Source of the DNA: Eledone cirrhosa
Lineage: Eukaryota
Reading direction: 5' to 3'
Assembly (NCBI GenBank): GCA_964016885.1
Contig: OZ024753.1
Location: forward strand, 8,494,001-8,558,000
DNA length: 64,000 nt
Position 1 is the first letter of the stretch, and every line of letters starts with the position of its first letter. The position numbers and the translations under genes were made by a program. Positions 14,053 through 27,837 of the stretch are shown here, piece by piece. A model generated the notes under the pieces. It made no database searches and had not been told where the DNA came from. It was given only the letters and a program-made list of their open reading frames with translations.

Positions 14053-14797
14053 CGCACATATATATATATCATCATCATCATCATTGTTTCATGCCCATTT
14101 TCCATGCTAGAATTTATATATCAATACTATGGAATTATTTGTAAGTTCTCAGTGAGTTGAATCTGTTATACAGATTCAATATATAATGTAATGAAAATAA
14201 CATCTCATTTCTCTTAGCTCCACTTTCTGATATTCAGTTAACTAGAAAAAGTTGACCTCTACCAGATTATCTTAATTTTAACACATGGCATGAAAAATGG
14301 ATATTTTGGTAGTGGCCCAAAGACTGGTTAAATGTAGCAACAAAACTCTGCCAACCCAGTAGGATGTGGCACTTGATTTCTTGTTCTTGAGATACTGAGT
14401 TCACAGAGATATATCTCCTTGACATAATTCTCAGGGAGATTCAGTATAATGCAGTGTGTTTTATATCCAGTTTAAATGTTATTCTCTCTCTCTGTCTCTC
14501 TCTTTGATCGATTGCCAAGATCCCAGACCTCATTCGCTTGCTGAGTGGGGTGGACCTCGTCAAATCAGACCAAATAAACAATGTTTCCATTGGTCTTTCC
14601 ATTGCTGATATTATCTATCGGTTACAACTCCTGGCAGAAACTTTCTGGTTTCTACTACAGATAAAAAAGTTTATAAAGAATGGTGTAATGTACAGTGAAG
14701 TTTTCTATTTTGAATATATATATATATATATATATTTTTTTTCTAAATGTCTCTCCTCCACTCCCCTACACACCCTCGGAACTCTCTTCCCACCCAC

Positions 14798-14832
14798 TTT
14801 TCGCCTGAAGAAGGGCTTATGCCCGAAACGTC
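14798..14832 (+). ncRNA. Minimal hammerhead core
   Basis: CTGAAGA-a-GGGC-ttat-GCCC-GAAA-C-GTC. The stem I 3' arm is interrupted by a C run. Lies in a ~200-bp insert between (TA)n tracts (14735-14917). Confidence 0.65.
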
Positions 14833-15171
14833 CCCCCCCCCCTACTCTCAAGAGCGTGAAACTAATAAACCTTTGTTCGTACTGCCTCTCTGTTTTGTTC
14901 CCGTTCCATTTTTCACTATATATATATATATATATATATATAGGAACAGTTTAGGTATGATACATTTTATTACTAATTATATCTAAATGTTTCTTCTCTC
15001 TTCATAATGTATTTTTAACTCTGATACTGGTTCAGTCTAGTTCAAACTGAATTGGTCTGTCCCAGTCATTCATTGAGCAACATCGGTGAAGTTGGCACCC
15101 TTAACTCACAGTTGGGTGCGGATGCATTCATGTATATATGTGTGCGTCCGCATGTATCTGTGTGTTTCTAA

Positions 15172-15712
<541 letters not shown>

Positions 15713-15949
15713 ATATATATATATATATGTGTGTAGGTAACACGGTAAAAACCTCCCAGTCCCACACTGTAAACATGGTTGGTGTTAAGAAGGGCATCCA
15801 GCTGTAGAAAACCCGCCAGACAGTCCTATCCGAGCAAGACAACCACTCTTGCCTCAAGTGGGAAAACTCCCGTCCAAACCCATGCAAGCGTGGAATATGG
15901 ACGTTAAACGATCATGATGATGATGATGATGATATATATATATATAATA

Positions 15950-16140
15950 TATAGCGTGTGGCTGAGTGGTTAGAGAATTGGATTCACAGTTCTGAGGTTG
16001 TGATTTCGATTCCTGGACCGGGCGATGCGTTATGTCCTTGAGCAAGACACTTTATTTCACGTTGCTCCTTCTACCTGGAGTTGCGACCGATAGATAGTAC
16101 TAGCAACTGGAAAGACCAACGGAAACATTGTTTCCTCAGT
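15950..16140 (+). mobile_element. tRNA/CORE SINE with a different tail (family C); copies 37412-37620 (+), 28220-28445 (-), 14515-14640 (-), 8238-8340 (-), 41310-41430 (-), 1715-1805 (+)
   Basis: tggctgagtggttagag..ttcgattcc head, ccttgagcaagacactttatttcacgttgctcc, then gatagatagta..ggaaagaccaa.ggaaacattgtttcctc.gtcc.atttga. Confidence 0.75.
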
Positions 16141-16190
16141 CCAATTTGAGGAAAGTCGATAAAAAATATATATATATGTATATATATATG

Positions 16191-16225
<35 letters not shown>

Positions 16226-16226
16226 G

Positions 16227-16299
<73 letters not shown>

Positions 16300-16516
16300 G
16301 TATATATATATATTTATGTATTTATATATATTTATGTATTTATATATGTATATATATTTATGTATTTATATATGTATATATATATATTTATGTATTTATA
16401 TATGTATATATATTTATATATTTATATATGTATATATATTTATGTATTTATATATATATATATATATATATATTTATGTATTTATATATGTATATATATT
16501 TATGTATTTATATATG

Positions 16517-16631
<115 letters not shown>

Positions 16632-18659
16632 CAGAACTAGACTCACCTTCAATGAACCTTCTCTTCAACAACACATCTTTGTTTTATAGTGTCTACAATG
16701 AGAACAATTATATATCATTACAAATTACTTCACATCCGAAATTAATGTTGATGACCTAAACAACCTGTAGCCATAGAAGTATTCATCTCATCTCAACTGT
16801 ATGATAGTCTATTTGTATTACTTCGCTCTTAATTATAGAAATATTAGCCATTCAACAACAAGTTATGAATAAACCAAACGAGATAAGTTAAAGAATTGGT
16901 GCAAAAGAGATGATGTTGATGTCAGCACTCAGATAGTCCTGTACAAACACGGACTAAAAATATATAGTTGGAAATTAATATTCAAACTCAGTCTTTTCTA
17001 TTTGATTAGAAATGAAATCTAGAAAAAAGTGAATTAAGTAGGAGAAAAATATAAGTGTCCTTTAGCTTTCAAAGTATAATACTCTCATGTATATTTATCT
17101 AAAATTTTGAAATAAAAGTGGAGAAATGTTTGCAAAGGAAGATCCTATGTGACTATATCAATAGTTAGGATGTTTATCTATATAAGGAGAAAAGTTGGGG
17201 TGATTGTCAACTGAGTTAATTCAGTATCAAGCAAATATTGGTTTCTGATTTAGGCAAATCACAACAATTTTTGTGTTCTGGGGAAAGTTGATTTCATCGA
17301 CCTCACTTACTTACTGGTACTTTATTTTATCAACCCTGTAAGGATAAAAGGTATTTACTAAGATTACTAATCGTTTCATTACTAAGATTGTAACCTTATG
17401 TAAGGTTCTTATATAAAATTATGTTGGAAGATTTTAATTTAAATTGGAAACCTTTTAAATGGGTGACTTTATGTCAGAATCAGAGTTGGTTTTGGCCGGG
17501 TTGGTAAGAAAGGGGTTAAAGGAATCTTATTTAAAGTAAACTCTTCCAACATAATTCTATAAAAGAAACATTATTTAAGTTACTATCATAGTAGTCACAT
17601 TAGTTATGATTTCAGTAAATTCTTCAAAATTCTTCATTAATTTATTGAAAAAGAGAGTATGTCATTAGAAATGCTGTCACAAAATGATTAAACTATTAGA
17701 ATTTTTTCCCCTTCACTACTCCCTTCAAGGGAGCTAATACATAGTCGCATGACCTGCTAAAACTAGCAGCCAAATCTGCCTCATATAATATCTTTTCATA
17801 AAAAAAAAGGAAGAACATCTTTAACTATCATCATCATCATTGTTTAACATCTATCTTCTATGCTAGCATCAGTTAGACGGGAATTGTTCCACTTGAGGCA
17901 AGATTGATTGGGTGACCGTGTTTCACTCATATAGAGCTGTATCTGGCAGGTTTTCTACGGCTAGATGCCCTTCCTAACACCAACCACTTTACAGCGTGGA
18001 CTGGGAGCCTTTTTACTGTGTCTCCTACACAACCACTTTACAACGTGGACTGGGTGCTTTTTTGTTGTGACACCTACACAACCTCTTTAGTCCTGAATAT
18101 AGAAAATAAGATGGTTATTTTCGATTTTAAGTTTATTCTATCAGGAAGGACTTGGGTCTTAACAAATAACAACAACAATATCACATTTTGTATTTTTACA
18201 ATAAGAATTTAAATTTATTGTGTGAAGGAACTGAGTATTTGATTTAATGCATTAAAAAAATATATTTAAATGTCAGTTCAAGACAGAATATTTTAAATAT
18301 GTCTAGATTTTGACATTACAGTCAATAGTAATTTAAAAATAAAAAAAAAAGAGACAAAAAACTGAAAATTAATGAACTGGTTCCTACAGTTATCTTTGGG
18401 ATAAGACATTAAGTGATTCTAGCATGACATTTCACTTTCTTTCCTTCACAATAAAAGAAAAAAAAAAAATTGGTTTTATAAATCTTGCAGGCTAACAAAG
18501 AATTTCAGAGATTTTACACATCATCATCAACATCGTTTTGACATCTATTTATTTTCTATGCTAGATATTTTTAGGTAGTTTTTCTACCATTCGGTGCCCT
18601 GTATGATACCAACATACAGATTGTTTTGTAAAGGAAGTATCTATTGCTACTCAGGGTGG

Positions 18660-18710
<51 letters not shown>

Positions 18711-19107
18711 AGAGAAATGCAGATCCCTGGCCTGTCTGGAAGGTCATTAACTCCGCTTCAGTACTTACTTTGTGTATGTAGACCCATCCAAACCTTGCTT
18801 GTATGGAAAACGGACATTAAAACAATGATAATGATGTACATATATATATATGTACACCCTTGCAAGCAGGGGAAAAGCGGATGTAAAAATGAAAAAGAAA
18901 TGAATATATATGTACATCATTATCATTGTTTTAATGTCCCGTTAAGGGTGAAAGCAGCGATTCTTTGCTTAAACTTTAATCTGTTATTTTAATAAATATT
19001 TGCTCTACGGTTCTTATATATTTGATATATATTTATCCTTATCGAACCCTCTTTGGGTTTTAGTCTTCAAATTTATTATTATTACTATATATATATATAT
19101 ATATATA

Positions 19108-19670
19108 TGGAATAGAATGAAACAAAATTTCATTTCTCACTTGTAGTACGGCACTTACTTAAATGTAAGTATGTATGTATACGTACATACGTATATGTAT
19201 ACAGACGTACAGTAGTATGTATATATATACATACATGCACACATATATACATGCACGTATCGGTTTACCGAACATTTATTATAATGCTTGGTTTGTTTGT
19301 TTGTAAACAAAGAAACAGCCCGAATTACGCCATACAGTGTTTAGGCAACCACGTCACCTTTTTGTTCAACACTGACACAGGAACGATGTACTAGTTTCAA
19401 GCTTATTAGCTATTTAGCTATCGATACTGATGATAGCTAATAAGCTTGAAACTAGTACATCGTTCCTGTGTCAGTGTTGAACAAAAAGGTGACGTGGTTG
19501 CCTAAACACTGTACAACGTAATTCAGGCTGTTTGTTTGTTTACAAACAAACAAACCGAGCATTATAATAAATGTTTGGTAAACCGATACGTGCATGTATA
19601 TATGTGTGCATGTATGTATATATATATACATACTACTGTACGTCTGTATACATATATGTATGTACGTATA
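19108..19670. mobile_element. PLE-like fold-back element (~490-bp imperfect palindrome) in (TA)n; single-arm relative at ~51330-51645
   Basis: Arms 19178-19413 and 19433-19670 are reverse complements; hammerhead at the centre; (TA)n on both flanks. Confidence 0.75.
19421..19463 (+). ncRNA. Minimal type I hammerhead (PLE-type)
   Basis: CTGATGA (19427)-tAGCT-aata-AGCTt-GAAA (19448)-CTAG-TA; palindromic stem III ACTAGT; short stem I cgat/atcg. Confidence 0.7.
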
Positions 19671-19691
19671 TATATATATATATATATATAT

Positions 19692-20060
19692 ATGGAGGCA
19701 CCTCTAACAAAATACACCCCCGTCCCACTACCCCCACCCCATCCACACCACCCCTTTCAATGTAAAGTTATGTTGGTACCACAACATCCAGCCCGAAACA
19801 AACGAGGTCGTGTAGGTGTCACGACAAAAAAACACACAGTCCACGCTGTAATGTGGCCGTGTAGGTAACACGGTAAAAACCTCCCAGTTCCAAACTGTAA
19901 ATGTGGTTGGTGTTAGGAAGGGCATCCAACTGTAGAAAACCCGTCAGTCAGTCCTATGCGAGCAAGACAACCACTCTTGCCTCAAGTGGGAAAACTCCCG
20001 TCCAAACCCATGCGAGCGTGGAATATGGACGTTAAACGATGATGATGATGATGATGATAA
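19692..20060 (+). mobile_element. SINE body/tail family D; copies 2150-2455, 15733-15930, 21290-21650, 21895-22235 (+) and 9735-9902, 17825-18085, 27880-28010, 39148-39475, 48500-48707 (-)
   Basis: Variable number of cccagtccacactgtaaagtgg units, then ggttggtgttaggaagggcatccagctgtagaaa..aacccatgc.agc.tggaa.atggacgttaaac(gat)n. Confidence 0.8.
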
Positions 20061-20237
20061 TGGAGGCACATGGCTTAGTGGTTAGAGCATTGGCCTTGCA
20101 ATCGAAAGGTTGTGAGTTCAATTTTCAGACCGGGTGATGTGTTGTTTCCTTGAGCAAGACACTTTATTTAACATTACTCCAGTTTACTCAGCTGTAGAAA
20201 TGAGATGATTGGGACTGGGGTCCCTATCATTCCACTG

Positions 20238-20510
20238 CTAGATGTAGTAGGAGGGAAGAAGGGGAGAAGTGAAAGAGGGGGATAACCTCTATTGCAACAT
20301 AGATGCAGTAGGAGGGAAGAAGAGAAGTGAAAGAGGGAGATAACCTCTATTACAACATAGATGTAGTAGGAGGGAAGAAGGGGAGGAGTGAAAGGGGGGG
20401 ATAACCTCTATTACAACATAGATGTAGTAGGAGGGAGGAAGGGGAGGAGTGAAAGGGGGGGATAACCTCTATTACAACATAGATGTAGTAGGAGGGAAGA
20501 AGGGGAGGAG
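20238..20510. repeat. ~61-bp purine-rich minisatellite (~4.5 copies)
   Basis: Unit tagatgtagtaggaggga.gaagggga..agtgaaa..gggg.gataacctctattacaaca. Confidence 0.9.
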
Positions 20511-21146
20511 AAAAAGTTGTTGTTAAGAGAAAAATACAGGAAGAAAGAGTGTGTGTGTGTGTATGTGTATGTGTGTGTGTGTGTGCAAAAGCTAGATAGA
20601 TTAAAGTGTAATTCAGCAATGCAATGACGTCATAATAGCAAATTGACATATTTCAATTTCTCTGAAATTTACAGGGGTCTTGTCTCCATACAGGCTAACA
20701 TGACAAATTTGTACTTAAAATTGCTGTGTTTTTAATCAACAATTGAACTTATTTTGTAGAATATGAAACAAATTATTTCAAATAAATGTCATTAGTCAAT
20801 AATATTCAAACTTGTATTAATCTGCACCAAGAAAGTCAATCTAAACATTATTTGAACAACTAATGAAGGTACGTACATGATTAAGAAACATTTTTATTGA
20901 TAGTATAGCAACTGGTTTTTACTAGTATGGTATGGTATTCCTGATGGAGCCATAGGGGTGTTGTATTGGCGTATGGCATTTCTTAGGCCTTTTAAATCTA
21001 GCAGAGTATATAAAGTAAGCGAGAGGAAGTGAGGGGAGAAAGAGATATAGAGGAAGAATCAACCCCAGTACTAGACTGGTACTTATTTTTATTGACCTTA
21101 AATGGATCAAAGGCAAAGTTGACCTTGGTCAGATTTGAACTCAAAT

Positions 21147-21280
21147 AGACCCAGAATAACCTGGGACGACATGATAAAATCTGACCTTGCACACTTACAC
21201 CTCTCTAAGACAACACCACTGGATGGAGATCTTTGGCACTACACTAATACAGAGAAGACCCACCTTCCCTACGTGCGCAA
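21147..21280 (+). mobile_element. RTE-like LINE C-terminal fragment
   Basis: Translates RPRITWDDMIKSDLAHLHLSKTTPLDGDLW, similar to the RTE motif RPRKTWxDxVxxDL. Confidence 0.55.
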
Positions 21281-23946
21281 AGTTAACCTACAGTCAGTAG
21301 GCACCTCTTAACCAAATATACACCCCAACTCACTACCCCTACTCCATCTTCCCACCAACACCACCCTTTCTCTGTAAAGTTATGTTGGTACCACGACATC
21401 CAGTCCAAACTAAAGTGGTTGTGTCCAGTCCACACTGTAAAGTGGTCATGCAGGAGACAGTAAAAAGGCTCCCAGTCCACACTGTAAATGTGGTTGGTGT
21501 TAGGAAGGGCATCCAGCCATAGAAAACCTACCAGATACAGTCCTATACGAGCAAGATACGGTCACCCGATAAATCTTGTCTCAAATGGAACAATTCCCGT
21601 CTAACCCATGCTAGCATGAAAGTTAGACGTTAAACGATGATGGTGATGAGAGCCATAGTGACTACCATGAAATATTCTAATGATGCTCTAATGACTCTAC
21701 CAATTCAACAGCGTTTTACTAATATAGATAATTACAAATACAGAAAATTTCTTTTGACATGGGTAATATGTGAAATAGGCTTAATTAAATAAAAGAATAA
21801 TTAATTGAGAAAACAGAATTTTCTCATTTAAATTTTGACAAACTCTATAAAAGTAGCAAATTTATCAGTGAGAACACCTGACTTTCCACGGGAACAAGCC
21901 GAAGCTGAAGCATATAGACAATATGTCCCACCCCCACCCACTGTAAAGTGGTCGTCGAGGTGTCTCGACAAAAAGTACCCAGCCTACACTGTAGAGTGGT
22001 CGTGGAGGTGTCACAAAAAAAAGCACCCAGTCCTCACTGTAAAGTGGTTATGTAGGTGCCACGGAAAAAAAGCACCCAGTCCACACTGTAAATGTGGTTG
22101 GTGTTAGGAAGGGCATCCAGCTGTAAAAAACCTGCCAGAGACACTTCCGTATGAGCGAGACAGTCTCCTGACCAATCCCACATCAAATGGAACAAAACTG
22201 TCTAACCCATGCTGGCGTGGAAGATGGACATTAAATAATAATTGTTTCTACTATTGGCACAAGGCCAGCAAATTACCCAGTACATTACTGGTACTTTATT
22301 TTATCGACCCCGTAAGGATGAAAGGCAAAGTTAACCTCGGCGGGATTTGAACTCAGAATGGCAAGGGCCGTAACTCTATGCGTCAAAGCATGGCGTCCGA
22401 CCCTCTACCGATACTGCCAATTCACCACCAAATAATAATGATGATGATTGTTCATCTGTAGTTTTCATCTGTAATTTCCTTTATATTTTTCATCTGTATT
22501 GTTCATCTGTAATTTTCATTAGTATTTTTCCCATTTTGAAATAGAATATTTGTTTTCTAGCAGACTTTATTACAGTTTCTGATATACTAGTATACCAAGA
22601 CACACTGTTTGAATAATACCACTTCTCTAGATTGTTACATTGTCAAACTTCACTATCCAGCAGGGAATTTCCTTTACATCTTCTCCTAGGGAGTTTACAG
22701 ATTTTAAAGCTGACCATTATTAAGGATTTTTGTGATGTACAAAATTCCTTAAGGGATATGAAATCTTATAGTGTACCAGTGCGCTGAAGCACATTGTTTG
22801 AATAATACCACTGCTCTCAATTGTCTCATCATTATCATCAATTTCTATGCTTGCATTCGTTTGACAGGTCATTTTCAGCACAGCATCTCTCCACTCTTGT
22901 CAAACTTCATTATCCAGCAGGGAATTTATTTTAAATAATCTCCAAAGCATTCTACAGACTTTAGAGCTGAACATTATCCATTAGAGATTTTTCAGAGGCA
23001 CAAAATGAAAATCTAATATCAGTAGTACCTGTAAAGAAAGCGGGAATGTTACGTCATATTCCTCTTGGCTCCAAATATCACCAGCTTATAAAAACTTCTG
23101 CGAAAACCTAAAAGCTCTTTAGAAATGAGTTAACATTGAAAAAAGCAGCATGTTTATATATATATATATATATATAAAGTATGTTTTGAAACAGCAAGCG
23201 AGTTTGAAATTAGAAATAAAAGCTTTCGTTGTATTTTTTATTAAATAAATTTTAGCCTGATAGTGGGTTTAGAACCCTCTAAGAAATGGAAAAAAGATGA
23301 GTATTGACTTACAATACTAATCTTTTTCTTAGCGGGTTCTAAAACCCACTATCAGGCTAAAATCTATTTAGTCAAAAATACGACAAAAGCTACTATTTCT
23401 AAATTATATATACATCATCATCATATTACGTGATGTCCAGTAAGACAACTTCCCTAGTGCTGGGGCATGAATAAAACACCCAATCCATGCTGTAAAATAG
23501 AGGGGTAGAGAGGGCTTTTGAGTCCAGTAAGACAACCTCTCTAGTGCTGGTGGCACAAAAGAAACACCCAGTCCATGGTGTAAAGCAGTGCTGGTGTTAG
23601 GAAGGGCATCCAACCAGTATATATACTACTGCCAAAAACTATGAGCACAACAAATGAGAATATATATATATATAATGATAGTTGTGTTTCTCAGTAGAAA
23701 ATCTCAATAGACATTTGTCCAGAGAATCAATAAGTCAAATCAATAGATATATGTAGAGAGAGAGGGATATATATATTCTTTGAGAAACTTGTAGTATTTT
23801 GTACACACAGAAAGCACATAATATATAGGAAAAATGTATACTTCAAGGTGGAAAATGTTCTTTCTTCCTTATGGTACCATTTCATGATTAAAAACATATG
23901 TAGATATATATACATATATATATATACATATATATACATATATCTA

Positions 23947-25030
23947 TCTATATATATATAAAACTGAGGTTGTCTGTCTGTCTATCGATTTTTGGCACAC
24001 ATCTCCTCTTAGAATCTGTCACGGAATTGCACCGAAATTGCTATACTTGTACATTGAGCCCTAGCGAAGACATCGGAAAAAAAATATTTCAAATTGACCC
24101 GCCCTATCTGACGAAATCGAATATAATGTATCGATTTTTGAGCGTAAGTGACGAGTTATTTGCCTTTGTTCTGTTTACATTCAGCGTAGCGTCTTACGTT
24201 CTCTTTACATTTTCTGCGTGCAAAAATTAAAAAAATTACGCTGGCAAAAATTAAAAAAATTACGCTGGCTTTCTCAGCGTTTAAAATGACATTAACACAA
24301 TACACGAACAGTTGTCGAGCCAGCAAAATTTTGACCTGCAAAATTCATCAGTTCGAACACTAAGCTTCCGTTTTGCTTCATTTCCATTTAAAAGCCTTTT
24401 AAAACAATATTTTTACTTGAAAACAAGTCTATTTAAAGACTACGTAAAACAAGCAAATATTTCGTAAAAAAAAGCAAAAATTATATAAGTTTATTTAAAA
24501 TATATGTATCTGTAAATTTCGTTAGGCGTGCAGACAGACAGTCGTGCAGAGAGGTGATATAGGCGTGCAGAGAGACAGTCGTGCAGAGAAGTGATATAGG
24601 CGTGCAGACAGACAGTCGTGCAGAGAGGTGATATAGGCGTGCAGACAGACAGTCGTGCAGAGAGGTGATATAGGCGTGCAGACAGACAGTCGTGCAGAGA
24701 GGTGATATAGGCGTGCAGACAGACATAACTGATAATTTGGTTACGCTAATGTTTTTCTCTGCGTTGCAGTGTTTACATTTTCGATCTTTGTTAATAAATA
24801 ACCAGTGCAGTTTTTATCCCCAGCATCCTCTTTTGTTATAACATTCGGGTTATCGTTATGTTTTCTTAACTTCATAAGGCATATTGTTGGTTGAGGGAAT
24901 ATTAATCAAAAACACCACATGCAAGTCTGCACAGTAGACACTACAGTTTTTAAGCCAAAAAAGAAACTTAACATTGTAACTTTAACACAGCTACTGAGCG
25001 ACCCCGAGCAACGCCGGGCTTTACTGCTAG
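23947..25030 (+). mobile_element. Complete non-autonomous Helitron (1084 bp)
   Basis: A|TCTATATATATATAAAACTGAGGTTGTCTGTCTGTC 5' end; 3' hairpin CCCGagcaacgcCGGG then CTAG|T; no TSD; internal 37-bp tandem repeat. Confidence 0.85.
24524..24724. repeat. 37-bp minisatellite (~5.4 copies) inside the Helitron
   Basis: Unit aggcgtgcagacagacagtcgtgcagagaggtgatat. Confidence 0.95.
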
Positions 25031-25158
25031 TATATATATATATATATGTTTATATATATATATGTAGATGCATATATATATAAACACTTGTTATCAGTAA
25101 CCACACAACCTCGTCCCTCTCAATCCATATTTATGTATATATATATATATATATATAT

Positions 25159-25359
25159 AGGAACGAGTAGGACCCCGACGGCTGAGCTCAAGCTGTTTCG
25201 ACGGCTAATTCTGGACTAATTTAGTCCAGAATTAGCCGTCGAAACGGCTTGGGCTCAGCCGTCGGGGTCCTACTCGTTCCTATTACCCACTCTACTACCC
25301 TAAGTATTGAGTACTTTGGTGCGTTATGGTCCACCTGGTTCCTTACCACATTTCCTTCG

Positions 25360-25361
<2 letters not shown>
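25159..25361 (+). mobile_element. ~200-bp palindromic-head element family in (TA)n; copies at 41103-41275, 42450-42612, 43093-43295, 48208-48410, fragment 48433-48490
   Basis: Near-identical copies, all abutting (TA)n; 5' ~125 bp is a palindrome; contains GAAA-CGGC-ttg(a/g)gctca-GCCG-TC, a hammerhead stem III with GUC site. Confidence 0.8.
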
Positions 25362-25399
<38 letters not shown>

Positions 25400-25698
25400 C
25401 TACACACTTGCAAACCAACAATGAAATTGTATTGGATTTTATTGTTTCTGTTAAATATGATGGGGAAAAACCCCTCTATTTTTTCTATGTAGTTTCCTGT
25501 GTTTCTGTTTGCTGTCGCTGGCAGGAAGTGGTTTAGAAATTCTACTCCTATATTATCAGTAATTATCTCTGCTTTATGCATCAGTAAGAAACACCATGTT
25601 GTGAAATACTAGTATTCAAGGCAACAAACAATGTCATTACTGAAGATAACCAGAAATCCTAGAATTTATATACACATACACACAAATTTATATATACA

Positions 25699-26213
25699 CT
25701 AGCAGTGGTACCCCGCGTTAAACGGGATAAGGTATTGTGAAATATATAACCGCCTTAGCTAAGCTTAGTATTGCCACAACCACAGCTGGCAAAGAAATAA
25801 GGGTCTGGTGGTATGTAAGTAAGCAACACTGTGGCTTAAAACGTGAGGAAGAAGTTGTGTGCACTTACCAACTGTTTGGGGAATGAGTGTGATATTTGTC
25901 TTGAGCAAGGGTAGCAGAATAACCGGAGGCAGCAGACAGCCAGACATACAGACAGATATTATAAGGGCGCGACGTTATATGAATGTATCTATCTAAAAAG
26001 AGAAAGACTAAAAATTATAGAGAGAGAGCGCTAAATCACCTAATGTGGTCCCTAGGGCATTGAAAATTTGAAATTCTTTTTGCTCAGAACACTCCCTGAA
26101 ACATAAGTATTACATGTGTAAAGTTTGAAAACAGACGGTTGGGTGCTTCTTTAGTTTTAGGGATTCAAACTCTCACACACAGAGACAGACATCTTCAGTT
26201 TTATATATATAGA
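25699..26213 (-). mobile_element. Complete non-autonomous Helitron (515 bp)
   Basis: Minus strand A|TCTATATATATAAAACTGAAGATGTCTGTCTC ... CCCGtttaacgCGGG-gtaccactg-CTAG|T. Confidence 0.85.
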
Positions 26214-26345
26214 TACACACAAATTTATATATACATACACACAAATTTATATACACATACACTAATATACATTCATACACACACATACATACACATTCAT
26301 AAACACACAATAATACACATTCATGCCCAAACTCATGCATGCACA

Positions 26346-26640
26346 CATCATCATCATCATTTTATGTCCGCTTTTCCTTGCTTATCCGTGGGACGGATCA
26401 TTTTCAGCACAGCATCTCTCCATTCGTCATGGTCCTTTGTCATCTCCTCTGAGAGTTTCAGCGATCTGAGGTCAGTTCTCACCACCTCTGCCCATGATTT
26501 TCGTGGTCTTCCTCTACTGCGTTTTCCTTCCACTGGGATTTCTTGGCACTTCTTTACCCAGCGGTCATCGTCCATCCACATGACATGTGCATACCAATGC
26601 AGTCTTCTCTCCCACAAACTACAGTTTATCCCTCTTGTAC
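26346..26640 (-). mobile_element. 5'-truncated RTE-clade LINE (ORF C-terminus plus (ATG)n tail)
   Basis: ERRLHWYAHVMWMDDDRWVKK..VEGKRSRGRPRKSWAEVVRTDL..DHDEWRDAV, then aaggaaaagcggacataaaa(tga)n. Confidence 0.85.
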
Positions 26641-26943
26641 ACACACAGTTTTATAAAAACATACACACTAAATTATAAATATACAAGCACCCATTCACAC
26701 TTCCACATACACTCTCATGTAAACATATACACAATCAGAAACACACGTACACACCCAACCAATCGACCCTTTAAATCTCTCATAGGGATACAACTCCCTT
26801 GATAATGAGTTTTTAAACCTGAAAAAATTTGGGATTATTAAATTTGCTAATGTAAGATTATTTTGTTGTCTTAGCAATTTTAATTTTCATTGTATGGTTT
26901 TCAGTTAGTTTGTGTTTCCTATTCAACAATGCTTCAAGAAAAC

Positions 26944-27021
<78 letters not shown>

Positions 27022-27806
27022 CCATTGAAATGGCATTATCTCAGTCAGGGGGCACTAACACTTTATAATACTTACACTCTACTAACTGAAGTATCGAATA
27101 CTTAGGCTGAACCTAGTCTTACAAGTCTAAACTGTTAACTTCCAATCTATATATATACTCCAACCCATGCAAGCATGAAAAAAATGGATGTAAGAATGTT
27201 GATGATATATATATATATATATTGGCAGTTATCAGTGTAGAGTATAATAAATAAATATACAATAAGAGATGAGGATAAGATGAAGAATTTATATGGAATA
27301 AATATAACTACACTTCTAGACATTATTGAATTTCTAGCATCTGATGTCATGATTGACAAAAGCCAGTTCTGACTTACTAACTAAATATATAATTGAGAGA
27401 AAGATTCAAAGTTTGGTTTTATGAATAAATGTTACATTACTGATTAATTACGTAGAAATGTAAAAACATCTGGTGCTACTAAAACCCCAGGGTCATAACT
27501 GATCAATTTGATACTGAACAGTTGAGCTTTGACCATGCTGGAATAATCAACAGTTTGTATAATATTATATCTCGGGAATTACACTTTCTTTGAAAAAATA
27601 AAACAAAACAACTGTTGAGAAATATATTTTATTTTGAAATATATAAAAGAGATTTTTTCAAGAAGTTGCAGTAATGTTTTGTTTTTCACAGTAAAGATAT
27701 TGTGTGGGTGTTGGATCTTTATCAGTTACAGGTGTTCCAGTAGATTTCATCAATGGAACAGGCCATCATCATCACCATCATTATCATCACCACCATCACC
27801 ATCATT

Positions 27807-27837
<31 letters not shown>

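Noticed and set aside
25249-25536. Recurrent ORF MSSAVGVLLVPITHSTTLSIEYFGALWSTW in several places
   Set aside because: It is the repeated non-coding palindromic element read from non-ATG starts and running into (TA)n.
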